A stretch of 63,997 nt of DNA, counting the filler, from Lenisia limosa (lineage: Eukaryota; Protista; Breviatea), in NCBI GenBank assembly GCA_001655205.1. It is 14 parts of 14 records of this genome, joined end to end, with 100 filler letters (N's around TTAATTAATTAA, not from the genome) between each part and the next. Parts side by side here need not be neighbours in the genome. Positions count along the whole stretch, not along the records: positions 1 to 3,567 come from LPNZ01006683.1; positions 3,668 to 5,770 come from LPNZ01000947.1; positions 5,871 to 9,862 come from LPNZ01001529.1; positions 9,963 to 14,341 come from LPNZ01009627.1; 10 more parts are not named here. One strand, written 5' to 3'. This document shows, in pieces, positions 1 to 11,967 of the stretch. The notes under the pieces were generated by a model. That model made no database searches and was not told the DNA's origin. It saw only the letters and a list, made by a program, of their open reading frames with translations. The position numbers and the translations under genes are program-made. Position 1 is the stretch's first letter, and every line of letters begins with the position of its first letter.

Positions 1-1146
1 GACGTCGCAATCCTTCATGGCGTCCTTGGCATCGAAAGAGGGGACAACGGATCCGCCAGAGACCTGTCAAGGGTTAGTTTCAGAAAGCCATCCCTCACTT
101 GTGTTACAGCGTTTAATCAATACCCATACAAGTCCCTTAAAATCATAGAAGATGATTTAAAAGCTAAGTTATATTACATGGACAAAATCCCCCTTGAACC
201 TTGCAGAGCTCGGCGCACTCGTCGTAAACGGCCTTCTCAGCCTCCCACTTCTCGCCCTTGGGTCCGCAGACCTTAAGGTTGAAGCCTGGTCGTCAGTATA
301 GCCGGGTTGGAAATGTCACAGGGGGAAAGACGAGTTGATTGGCTCACCAATGACAGCGGCGGCGCGCATGATGTCGTAGGTAACGTTGTTCTTACAGTCA
401 CCCATGTAGACCATGTTGAGGCCCTTGAAAGATTAAAATCGAAGAAATAAAAATTGATGATCATCCTCTGATCCGTTGTCATCACGGCCAACCTTGAGGG
501 ATCCCTTCTGCTCCTGGATGGTGAACATGTCGGAGAGGATCTGGCAGGGGTGGGCCCAGTCGTCAAGACCGTTGAGAACGGGAATGGTGCAGTGCTCGGC
601 AAGAGAGCTATAACGATAAGCAATGTGGATCTTAAGCAAATCTGCGGGGAGAAAACGTGCTAGCTGTCAAAAATGATTATATATGAGGAACAAAAGAGAA
701 GAGAGGGGACTTGGAGCATACTCGATGTCAGCGCGCTTGTTGACACGAGCCATGACGATGTCAACGTACTCGGAAAGGCACTAAAGGATAAGAATAAGCA
801 CTTAGCAATCAAGGAATTCAAAGAAAGCACCAGACCTTGGCAGTGTCCTCAAGGTTCTCCTTCTTTCCAAGAGGAGAGTCCTTGATGGAGTAGAAGATAG
901 CGTGGCCACCGAGCTGAGACATACCGGTCTCGAAAGAGACACGAGTACGAAGAGAAGGCTTCTCGAAGAGCATGCACATAGTCTTACCCTTAAGAGCCTC
1001 AGCGAACCTCTCGGGGTGGAACTAAGCAGGTTAGCACAAAATCTGAAGAAGAAGGGAAAGCAAACCTTAAGCTCGTTGGCGAGAGCAAGGAGCTGGGTGA
1101 TCTCCTCAGCGGAAACGTCAGAAACAGTCTTAAGAGCACGAACCAT
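1..1146 (-). CDS. OTC: Ornithine carbamoyltransferase, Giardia/Trichomonas (arginine deiminase pathway) type; at least 7 exons, 3' end runs off the window
   Basis: Spliced translation: [27 protein letters not shown]|[44 protein letters not shown]...EDTAK|[19 protein letters not shown]|[33 protein letters not shown]...|[25 protein letters not shown]|GFNLKVCGP...|[21 protein letters not shown]. Carbamoyl-phosphate loop (PSLRT) and HPCQ motif present. All introns GT-AG (intron 1 = 1065-1022, 44 nt). Confidence 0.97.
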
Positions 1147-1540
1147 CTAAATCGTCAATAAATCTGTTGAAAAAAAAAATGAAAAAAAATATATATATAT
1201 ATATATCGGTGAAACTGATGCAGTGATCTTCACTTTCTTGGAAACAGTTTGTACATATATCTACAACACACACCTTGATTTGTCGAGGGAAAATAAAAAA
1301 AAAATTTGGTTTAAGTAGTCGTCTAATTCCGTAATTCAACACTTTCATAGGAAGAACTAAGACTATTATAATAATAATATTATATAATCATATTAAATAT
1401 ATAATATTATGTAATCATATCAGAATTAGTTATATCATATAATATTATATCCAGTCATTTTACTTTTTCGGATAATCAGTCCCCTCTTTCTGCCTTTTCC
1501 ACCTCCCTCTTCTCTTTAAATTTACCTCTTTAACAAAGTT

Positions 1541-3459
1541 ATGGTCAAAAAAGGGAGACCTGGCCGGAAAAAACAGAAACGACCTGTCTTGTTACCAAGC
1601 GATGTTGATCTGGAATCGCTCCTCTTTTCTCTTGTCAGCGATGGAGATCCACGCCTTTCAACAGTGATGGAATCGTTAAAAAGATTTGACAATGCTGATA
1701 ATTTTTGGACGAAATTCCAGAAAGGGGGAGCTACGCTGATGATGGAGGCAGTGCTATCAGGCCAGGTCCCTTCTCTTGTCTCGCTTGTCAAGGTCCCGGC
1801 CCTGGCGAACCACCCTAGTTTGCTGGCTAATAATAAGGGGGTGTTGTGAAAGAGCGCTGGGCTATTGCTTGTAAATGGTCTTCTCTGACTTTTCTCTCAC
1901 CATGCTTTCGAATTGCCATTTATGCCCTCAGCGGCAGACGGTACGACTCCTCTGCACCTGGCATGTTCCTTGCCAATCTTCCACCAGGATCGTGAGCGGT
2001 GGTGCTATCTTTGCAAAAAACTCACTCGTATATTTGCTTGTTCTCATTTCCACATGTCATAAACTATTATTATCATGCGGCGATAGTATTTCCTAAAGTA
2101 TTTTCTCTAAGGTGAAGGTTTCACACATCAGAAGACACATTGAGAACACAAGTGGTCATCGCGGCGGAGCTGATAGTGGCCGGTGCTAACGTGGACTGTC
2201 AGGATGACAAAGGCAATACTGTGGGGACTGTTAGATTGTGTTAGGTCCTGCAATTTTCAACTCCATTGGAAACGCCCAAGGTGTCTGTGTTACCTTCATA
2301 GCCCTTGCATTATGCGGCACAAGTCAAGGACCCCTCCATAGCACATTTACTCCTCAATTCTGGTGCCAAAATATCCACCAAAAATCGGCTTGGTGAGGGG
2401 ACAGGGACAAGGGTTAACTGTCGATCTTGTGAATAAGAATGGATGTTGGTGAATTGTTTTGAGGTATATTTCGGATTCGATACCCAGATTAAAAAGGGAA
2501 ATTTTAACCTGAATTCCATTTTGATCGCCTTTTTTCTCACAACCAGGCGATAATCCGCTTCATGTTTGTGCAAACAGCGGCAGCGCAAAGTCTATGGAAA
2601 TATTTCTCAAATATGTGGGTTCCGCCAATGGGTGTTATCCTCATTTGATCACCTGGGTGACTATGACAGTCTAGTTTCATTATAGCAAACTGAGTCAAAT
2701 TATGAAAACAGTATTATTAATAGTCAGATAATCTACTGACTCTTTTTTTTTTTTCAACATATATAATTATATGATGTATTATGTATATGTATATCGTTTC
2801 TCACATAATATGTATACGTTATCATTTCACTTTGCATAAGATGACCATTTTTAGATCTCAGATAAACATGACATTCATGTTGGCGGACAGGGAGGTTGCC
2901 CCGTTCTTGTTATAGCCTCGGCCCGAGGGGAGTATGCGGGTAGTTGCCGCAATGAACATATTTATGCATAATTCCGTGATTACAGTGTATTAGACGCAGT
3001 TGTGATAAGAAACAACAATTAATCATGGTTTGACCAATGACACTCTAAAATGGGGATCTCATACTGCTATTGGTTACATCATACCTTCCTTGTATTCTGA
3101 AGATTGAAGCAACCCCATGGTTTCGGCCCTCATGGAAGCTGGTGCCCGACCCTCGTCACAAAGTGGGCCCTGTGAAGAGTAGACACTATCCCAAGGATAT
3201 GTGCCATATGTCAAGTCCAATTGCATGTCTGTCATGTTGTAATTTACAATATCACATATAGCGCTACTCCATGTTTCTATTAGATTTCATATTATTCTAT
3301 TTACTACGTTCATGATGTAACAATTCATTTGAAATATTGTATTACTGCCAGCAGTTCATCACTCACTAATGTAGACGGATTCGACCAAAACAGTGTCTAT
3401 GTAGCTGCGGGCTGTGACCATCCAGCAACTCTGAACTTACTGCTGCAAAATGGAGGCAA
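1541..3459 (+). CDS. Ankyrin-repeat protein, multi-exon, 3' truncated at scaffold end
   Basis: Phase-consistent exons give successive ankyrin repeats: DGTTPLHLAC, GANVDCQDDKGNT|PLHYAAQ...LLLNSGAKISTKNRL|GDNPLHVCANSGSAKSMEIFLKY, GDNPMVSALMEAGA, GFDQNSVYVAAGCDHPATLNLLLQNG. The 5' exon joins are less certain. Confidence 0.88.
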
Positions 3460-3611
3460 GTGAGGGGCTCTCAACTCGGGTCTTTTTATTGAGAACAAGA
3501 ATGTAAACGTATCAATTAATTAAGGAAGAAAAATACAAATAATACCAATCAAGATTACTACCCCCCCNNNNNNNNNNNNNNNNNNNNNNNNNNNNNNNNN
3601 NNNNNNNNNNN

Positions 3612-3623
3612 TTAATTAATTAA
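3612..3623. other. Artificial scaffold spacer TTAATTAATTAA (stops in all six frames) between N runs
   Basis: The same N-flanked 12-mer recurs at 5815, 9907, 14386, 16199, 29707, 32351, 34555, 40201, 47391, 50819, 57932 and 62931. Sequences across these points are not genomic neighbours. Confidence 0.97.
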
Positions 3624-6058
3624 NNNNNNNNNNNNNNNNNNNNNNNNNNNNNNNNNNNNNNNNNNNNAATAAGAGATATTGGATTATAGTATAATACTAA
3701 TTATATATGAAATATAACAAAATATATCGCTATGTAGATATACTACTTTATGGTAGCATTTTTACAAGGTGTTAAATGTATTTTTGACGTGACTGTGGCT
3801 ATCAGAAATTAATTCCACTAAGTCATTGAGAGCAGATAAACGTTTCATAAAATCGCGACATAAGGTTGCTGATGATTCAGGGATCCAGACTTTCGGTGAA
3901 GAGTTTTGCTCAATTGCTCCTGTGAATGCAAAGTGGGGAATAGAAATAGTGATGATGTGGGGGTAAGGAGGGATAATAGTCAAGGAGGTGTGGGGGGGGG
4001 GGGGCTTCNNNNNNNNNNNNNNNNNNNNNNNNNNNNNNNNNNNNNNNNNNNNNNNNNNNNNNNNNNNNNNNNNNNNNNNNNNNNNNNNNNNNNNNNNNNN
4101 NNNNNNNNNNAATCCGAAAACTATCAATATTTTAAAGATCTTTTTCGAACCGAAGAGAAGCCCCCTAGGGAGGGGGGGGCTAGTTTTCACCCGGAGAAAT
4201 GCACCTGGTTACCCCAACTGTTTTAGGTGTACTTGGTTATTTCCCAAGGGCCTTTTTTAAAAATTTCAGCCCTCTCATGAATCCCCCTTTTACCCCACTC
4301 TAGAACCCGGGCTTATCCTTCTTGGTCATTGGGGATTCTACGAGCACTAGTTGAAGGCTTCGGTCCTCTACTGCTCCCCTATTTAATAGCCAAGATTAGC
4401 AGGGTCCTCAAAGAAAGGAAATTATGTAAGGAGAGGGGGAACAGGTGAACAGTAAAACCCTATTTTCTTCACAAACTTTGAAACATCTACATCTTCATTT
4501 GATGAGGCGTTTTCTCACCTCCCAGCCAGCCTTGCGCATTTGGCTGAAGGAACGGGGGCGATTCTGGAGTTTCTGAATAAGTTCCATCTCGCCATTTTCT
4601 ACATCCGAGGTTGGCTCAGAGCCATCGTTATCTCATTAGGGCTTCATATTTATTGGGTGGGAACAAAGAAATAAGTCTTCAATATTCATAAACACACACA
4701 TTAGATTGTAAAACAATTACGACTCCGTGAAATTATTATAATATAATTGGCCACAAATTAAAACGTGTCTGAAATAGCATTCTCACGTCCCCTTTGTTAC
4801 TGCCAACAAAGAGCGGAATAATCTGTAGTGCTATAGCTATTTCGATATGTAGTATATCGATGATTTTTCAGGAAAATCAGTCATTTTCTGGGTCTGAGTG
4901 AAGCCCTAGCTGCCAACCAATCTTTAGGACTATTCTATTAACTTTTGTTTTTGATAGCACAGGTGTTTTCTCCTCCATCACACACCGACTCTTCAATATT
5001 CAATACGTACGTGGGGGGTAAAGGCTGGGTGCGATTGATTTTTCTTTATTTAAAAAAAGTAAAAAACAATTATCACTGGTGCAATTTTAATTATCTACCT
5101 TCTCTGAGACTGGGCTAATTGGTAATGACACACAACAAGTATTGCTATTATTTACAGATACCAATAAGTGTCATTATTCGCACAACAACATGCATTATAT
5201 GTATAGATGAATAATAAGGTCTGGACGAAGCCCATTACGATTATCAGAGATAATGAATTAAACTGTTTTTTATAGTTTTACATGTTATATATGATGTAAT
5301 AGTATACAGAGTGACCGTGGCGTATTATTGACCGATTTTTCGAAAGGAAAACCTGATAAATCTGTCTTTGCAGGTCACGTTGGACAAGGTCCCAAAATAT
5401 ATGATATGTAATAACACCTTATAAAGTTCAGAAACGGTTTTTGTACTATTCTTTAGATATTTAGACCTTACAGCAGTGTCCCAAAGATTCGGTGATTTTC
5501 CTCTCAGAAAACTCAGAGTTTTTTTATCCTGGGAGTGGTTTGCTGATTTTTACAAGGAGTTTTCTGGCCGGAAAACTCCGTGTAACAAAAGGAAGACATC
5601 CACGAGGGAAAACGAGGGGGAATTTGATTGGAAAACACTTGAGTCGGGATTTTCCTACTTTTTCAGTAGTTTTCCTGGAACAATACAGTGAATTTTCTGA
5701 GAAAAAAAATTTCCATCTTAGTGATTTAGGTGTCGATAGCGCCGGTGTCCGGCCCGGACCTTTCCTTTTCNNNNNNNNNNNNNNNNNNNNNNNNNNNNNN
5801 NNNNNNNNNNNNNNTTAATTAATTAANNNNNNNNNNNNNNNNNNNNNNNNNNNNNNNNNNNNNNNNNNNNGCAAAAGTGTGGACAGTCGGAAGCGCAGAA
5901 AGTAACTACCCGTCTCCGTTACCACCTTTCCTTCTTTCCTTCTTTCTCTCTCTCTCACTCCCCCCCATTTGTGTTTTTAGGTCAAGCGTGTATATTAGTG
6001 TAGAATGGATCATGTATTTGTTGTATCTCCTAACTGTTGTAACAAGAGAAAAAATAAA

Positions 6059-6108
6059 CAGTGACCGGGATGTCTTGACCAATTTTGCTTGAAGTCTTAT
6101 CCTGGCTA
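6059..6108. mobile_element. Internally deleted copy of the CAGT-ended Tc1/mariner-like MITE
   Basis: cagtgaccgggatgtcttgacc...gaagtcttatcctggctac matches the termini of the copies at 30642 and 41024. Confidence 0.55.
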
Positions 6109-6534
6109 CAAAACAATTAGAAATATATATTATGTATGTATATCATACTGTAACTTACTGCGTCATTTGTCAGTAAACAAGAATTGCCCTGTTAATCCCA
6201 TTGCTTGGTCTCCTCAAGTCGGGGGTCAAGATAAATAATATAGCAATGAGCAATGGGAAACAATCAGGTTGTATCTGGAACCACCACATCATCAAGCTTA
6301 TTAGAGATATTGAAGCATACTATTAGTTCACCCAATCATTTGCCTTAACACTGTTCACAGCTTACTTCACTGCGTGCCTCCCCAGCAGACAAAAATAAAA
6401 ATATATAATCATATCAAATTTTAAGGTTGTGAGTCCGAAAAGTGGATTGTAGAACCCGGGAATTATTAAGCTGTGAATATGCAGGAGCCTCACACCACTT
6501 CCAAACAGGGTAAGATTTTTTAGAATACCGCTCA

Positions 6535-8384
6535 AAATATCTCTCTCCATTGCACATGGTTTCACCTCCCTTAAAGAGAGCACGAAGAATGCACCTGAGC
6601 GATTCGACTTATTCCCTAGTATTTTTGGGAATCCCATAAATTTCTTCGAACCATAAAATTCCATGGGATTCCCATGTAAAATATGGAAATTCCAACGTTT
6701 TTACAATTATCCCAAGTCGATGCGCCGCAGTGAGGGTTTTGTAGATACCCTTATTAGGATGTAAATCAGCGAGGGCCTATCACTTGAGAGTTTATAATTT
6801 GATGGAATCAAATAACAAATTAACTTACCACTTCCATATAAGGACAGGTCACAATATCTCTCAATTGAAAGTATAAATTTAAAACGCCCATTCTATTAAA
6901 GACTCTCTGATTTTACTCTTTAAACAACCTCTATTATGATTTTTTAATAGAGTTTTGGGTTGTTTTCTTACATAACAAAGGTACGGTATTGATAAGATGT
7001 ACAGTTAACAATATATCAAGAAAACGCCTTGTATCAACCCAAAAAAACAACACAAACACAACAACACAACATACTCTCTTAGGTGTCTGCTCAATGGATA
7101 TATTCAAAGCATATGTCCTCCGTTAAAATCAAAATGATTACGATATTTTGGGTAATATATTACACTCAGATTGAAGGATTAATGTAAAACACAATCTCTA
7201 TTAAAATATCTCTCTGAGATTTCTGGTCTACCTTCTGATTGTAATGGTTTGGTGATGTGGTCAGAATAAGATTCCATAGCATAAATTATTCCCGAGATAT
7301 GAAGAGGATTATGGGAGGCGAATAGAGGAAGTTGGTCGACACCACTATCATGAAGCTGTTGCCAATAAGTGTGACTCGGGTTTGCAAATAAATAGTTTAC
7401 ATTATTACATTCTTCAACCCAGACCACTTCAAACTATTCTTTGCATCCGACACTCCGAAGGTACGCGGCGGTTTCTGACTTTCCATAATTCTTGGCCCAT
7501 TCAAGTGGTGTCCATTCATTCTATACAAGGGTGAATGGGCGGGAATTTACCATCAAGAAAATATCCGTATTTTTACCTGGGCACAAACCGGTTCGAATTT
7601 TTAACAAAAACAGTCCCCATTTATCCCAGGTGACCCCAGGCCGACCTGGCACGCTCAACGATCTAATGATCACATCTAAGGCCTACTCCAAGCCACAATC
7701 ACAACCCGCCTGATACTCTTAAGCACGGCAAGGAATCTTTTTTGCTTCCTTGCTCTATGTGTTATAGCATATAAAACTTATGCCTATATGTTATGTTGTG
7801 ATTTTTGGGATTGATACTAGGCATTATTTCGATATATTGTGAACTTGAAAACTAATCAACAACATGGATAATAATTTCCCCGTCGTTATCACAAATCGTG
7901 GTTACTCTATTTGGAATGTTTCACACTGTGTGAAATATTATAACGCCCATGTAACTCTCTTAGTTTACAGTTCTAACTTCTCTTTCTAGACTGTAACGGA
8001 TGAGCCACATGCTTTGAATAATTTTCATTGAGCATTCCTTTGATGGTATGTGGTGTTTACTGTGATTGATCCATATAAGGTAAGTTTTTTAGTACAGGAC
8101 AATATATCTCTCAATTGCACATTGTTCCACCAACCCTAAAGTGAGCACGAAGAGCGGTTTTTGCTGAGGTACCTATTAGGTTGTAAATCAGCCAGCCTCT
8201 CACTAGAGTATATTTTGACGAATAACAACATTAACTGACCGCTTCCGTTTTTATACAATATATGCACATGGAGTCACCTACACTAAAGTGAGGAACAGCT
8301 GGTTTTGTAGATACCCTTACTAGGTTGTAAATCAACCTGAGCCTTTTTAGAGATAATAAATAACCAAATTCACTGGTCACTTTC
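6535..8384 (+). repeat. Degenerate ~150-bp tandem repeat array interrupted by a ~1.2 kb insertion
   Basis: The motif ttttgtagatacccttaYtaggWtgtaaatca recurs near 6738, 8159 (diverged) and 8303. The motif aataacaaattaact recurs near 6811, 8221 and 8358. The motif atctctc..attgcacat...taaag.gagcacgaaga recurs near 6537 and 8101. Confidence 0.7.
7434..7520 (-). CDS. Isolated terminal exon of an ankyrin-repeat protein
   Basis: tgtatAG|NEWTPLEWAKNYGKSETAAYLRSVGCKE* (29 codons including the stop), a typical C-terminal ankyrin repeat. No upstream exons were found. Confidence 0.6.
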   Translation of the reverse strand, partial: NEWTPLEWAKNYGKSETAAYLRSVGCKE

Positions 8385-8459
8385 ATAATAGTATCTTACC
8401 CCAACACAATGATACGTTCGCTACTTTGGGGAAACAGTCCATAGAGACTAATGAAGATA

Positions 8460-9862
8460 CTACTGCGAAAGCTTGAACACGAGGAAAAGAAGGACGCCAA
8501 TGACCAGAATGAGAACGGATACGATCAAGGTCATTAGGTCGATCTGGGGGGTGCGAGTTTAATTTACAGTGGAGTAAAATTGGAAACGATTTCAATCAAA
8601 ACAAACAAAAAACCAAGAAAACAAACAAGCAAACAAACAGTTAACAAAAAAAAATTATATCATATGTATATAGTCAAATCTCACTTGAATAACATAACGA
8701 TCACGACCATGGCTCTCCGGTACAGGATGGCGTGGCGACTGTGTAGCAAATCCGGCCATGGAAACGGGCGAGGCCGGCATGGGCTCTTCGTCCTTAAAGA
8801 AACGCGAGAGTTTGGGCTTGGCTGGGGTCATGCGTTCAACTACCTGCGAGGGGTGAAAAAAGAAGGAATTTGGATGAATAAAAGTGTAAGCGGGTAGGGG
8901 GGGCGTGGGTGGGTAATTGCAATAAGTAATAGGTGAGTTGGGGGATACATTTTGGGCTGGAATTGGGCTTCACTTCGGCAACAAAAAACCAATGAAATAT
9001 TGATATTATCGAGGATTTATCAAGAAATTCAGTCTTTTTTTTTGAACCGAAGTGAAGCCCTAGTTAGGTAAAAACCAGATGGCTGATTGATTCAAAGAGT
9101 TGATCTTGGGCTTTTTTGGTGTTTCNNNNNNNNNNNNNNNNNNNNNNNNNNNNNNNNNNNNNNNNNNNNNNNNNNNNNNNNNNNNNNNNNNNNNNNNNNN
9201 NNNNNNNNNNNNNNNNNNNNNNNNNNNNNNNNNNNNNNNNNNNNNNNNNNNNNNNNNNNNNNNNNNNNNNNNNNNNNNNNNNNNTCACGAACCGAATAAT
9301 CTGAAACTCCAAACAAACAAAAAACAAAAAACAAGCAATAAAAAACACGAGCAATCAACGCTAAAACTAGACAAAAGCCAGAAGACAGAAACGCAAAAAA
9401 AAGGGGTAAGGAAGAGACGTTTGAGGGGCATTTACACTCCATAATATAGAGGTCTTTATTATTTTACAGGTGTTTCCGAACCGAAAGTGAAGCTCAAGTC
9501 TTTACCATCTAGTACGAGCGCATCTGGAATCACTTTATAAATCCCCCCTACTTTGAGTCGGCAAATTCACCTCGTGACGGCTTTTTCTTGGCCTTCCGCT
9601 TCCGCCGCTTTTGGTCCACAAGCTCCGATTCACTACTGCGGGAGGAAGTGTTATTGTTTATTCTGGGGTAATATGTTGTTATTGATGATAATTGTGTTGA
9701 TGGTGATAGTGATGATGATGCTAATTGTGTTGATGGTGATAATGATGATGACGATATTTATGATGATGATAATGATGCTAATACCTAGATCGATCATCAT
9801 CCATCATGAGCTGTGAAGACACCCCAGTCAAAATGCGGGGTTGCGGAGGTTGATGCCTTCGG
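8460..9862 (-). CDS. 3' part of a hypothetical tail-anchored membrane protein
   Basis: Exons ...SESELVDQKRRKRKAKKKPSR, VVERMTPAKPKLSRFFKDEE...RDRYVIQ|IDLMTLIVSVLILVIGVLLFLVFKLSQ*. One C-terminal hydrophobic helix; GT-AG joins. Confidence 0.6.
8965..9060. mobile_element. ~90-bp MITE (family A) with terminal inverted repeats GGGCTTCACTTCGG...CCGAAGTGAAGCCC, usually TA-flanked
   Basis: Perfect 14-bp TIR here. The shared core aagactgaatttctcgataaatcctcga...atcgatattt is found in about 20 other copies in the window. Confidence 0.9.
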
Positions 9863-11264
9863 NNNNNNNNNNNNNNNNNNNNNNNNNNNNNNNNNNNNNN
9901 NNNNNNTTAATTAATTAANNNNNNNNNNNNNNNNNNNNNNNNNNNNNNNNNNNNNNNNNNNNGGGGGGGGTAAACGAAGGTAAAACGAAGGAAATTTCGA
10001 TGAAGAACCATCTTCTTCATCATCATTATCATCAACATTAATAACATCACTATCATCTTAACAACATCACGATCACAACAAAATCCAAACAAAATCCCCG
10101 CCATCAGGCTCAAGGAGGTCGATACATTGTCGTATATTGAGGCATCCGCACGAAGCATCTCTGACTCTGCCTTGAGTATTTATGGAGGATGGCTTGGAAC
10201 TTTTCCTCGAGGAGGACTTTGGAAACTTGTCAACCCTGGTAAGATTGGGAGATATAATATACCTAGAAACTTCATTCCGTTCATCACAACACCTGAGCTT
10301 AATTTTTGTTAAAACGTCACAAAATACACATATGATATGATATATACATTTACAGATGATATCATATAGTGTATCATTTTATATATTATATGATATAAAA
10401 AATATAATTACACTACATAGTAGAATATATTTCATGTACTAGTGTAATTTTGACAACATAATGAAAGTTGTAATGAATAGCCATGCAAGGTCCTGTAAAA
10501 AGATCTAATTTGCCCAAGAACGCAAGCCATCTGGACTATATGTTATTGAAAAAAAACAACAACGACAAGGCTGTCGTCATAGTAGTTGCTGGTTGGGATT
10601 GAAATTGTTCAAAGTTACGTTAGTACTAACTTCTAAAATTGAGAAATTTTGCCAACCAATGTTAGGACATTGTGAAGTAATTCCTCCGAACAAGTTTCGC
10701 TTGAAACAAAAATCACAAATTTTGTATAACATGGTAAATTTAGGTAAAAATACAAAGAAGAATAAGTCGTGTTTTTCAAGGTTTCGCGACACAGGCATAC
10801 ACTATTGCAAATGAATTGTATTTGATATAATATGAGCTGTCTTGAACGGTGTTGACTGATTTTTAAGTTCACTTCAGAATCGGTGGCATGCGCAGATATT
10901 CCCATATGTGGGCTAAGAAATCACATAAAATTAAGTAAGTGATGTAAAACAAAACCATGACTGCTGTTTGTCTCGTGTAGTCCCATGAAGAGCTCGGATA
11001 GTCAACGAATTTTTTTTCAAATGTATAAGTTGGAAGAAATGATCTTGTAAAGGAGGGAGTAGAACGAAGGAAATTTCTATGGATAACATTTTTACTAATC
11101 ACGAACCAAATAATCTGGAACTCCAAATATGAATACTATATTATATAACATAGGGAAAATCCCCCATGTTTGCATGTATGTCTTGCTGAGGAATGGGCTT
11201 AGACTACAGTGTGGGTTAAGCCCGAGTGTATCAAAGTGCTTGAATCGGCCAAATATCAGACGAG

Positions 11265-11412
11265 ACCTCATATCCGCGCAGTGATATGATACCTCATATC
11301 CACACATTACCTATCCACCAGCAGTGATATGATACCTCATATCCACACACTACCTATCACTGCGCGGATATAAGGTATCATATCACTTCGTGGATAGGTT
11401 GTTAATGGTGTG
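11265..11412. repeat. Compound direct plus inverted repeat (fold-back)
   Basis: gcagtgatatgatacctcatatccacaca occurs twice directly, followed by an inverted copy (cactgcgcggatataaggtatcatatcact...gtggatagg). Confidence 0.85.
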
Positions 11413-11967
11413 AAGATGACCCAAAAAGTGAAACAATACAACAATACATTAGAAATCAACTCGAATTATATTAAAATAACATTAAATCGGAACAGAAGAA
11501 AAAGAAAAGAAAAGAAAATAGATTGGAAAAGGGAACCAACAAAGAAAAGAAGATGAGAAGGAGGGGTAATTAAAAGAGAGAAGCGGCAAGTAGAAACAGT
11601 GAGCCAATGTTAAGAATAAAAGAAAAGAACTGCATAAGGATATGGAAGAAAGCGAATGCAGAAAAAGACAATGATAACAGTAAAAAAAAAAAAGAATGAA
11701 AATTAGAAAATAAGAAAAAGGTAATTAAAAGGAGGCAACCTTGTTTTTCGGAGAAGATATCACGCGAGAAGGTGGCTCTAAAAACATAAAGAATTGTATA
11801 AACATGGGGTATTAATAATGGAGGGAAGAGGGGCTTCGATAACAGTCTAGAACTGGGGTGATAACAAAATCCTTGTCTCCAACTAATTCGAAAAAGACCG
11901 GTAAAATATCGATACTTATCGAGGATTTATCGACAATTTCAGTTTTTATTGGGACCGAGGGGAAGCC

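Noticed and set aside
3612-3623. Regularly recurring TTAATTAATTAA as a biological repeat
   Set aside because: It is always embedded in N runs and stops all six frames, so it is a scaffold-joining spacer. No synteny can be inferred across it (for example between OTC and PYCR).
9553-9816. Hydrophobic Met/Ile/Val-rich ORFs (also 13255-13593 and 9907-10158)
   Set aside because: These are translations of (ATG/GTG) microsatellites inside introns.
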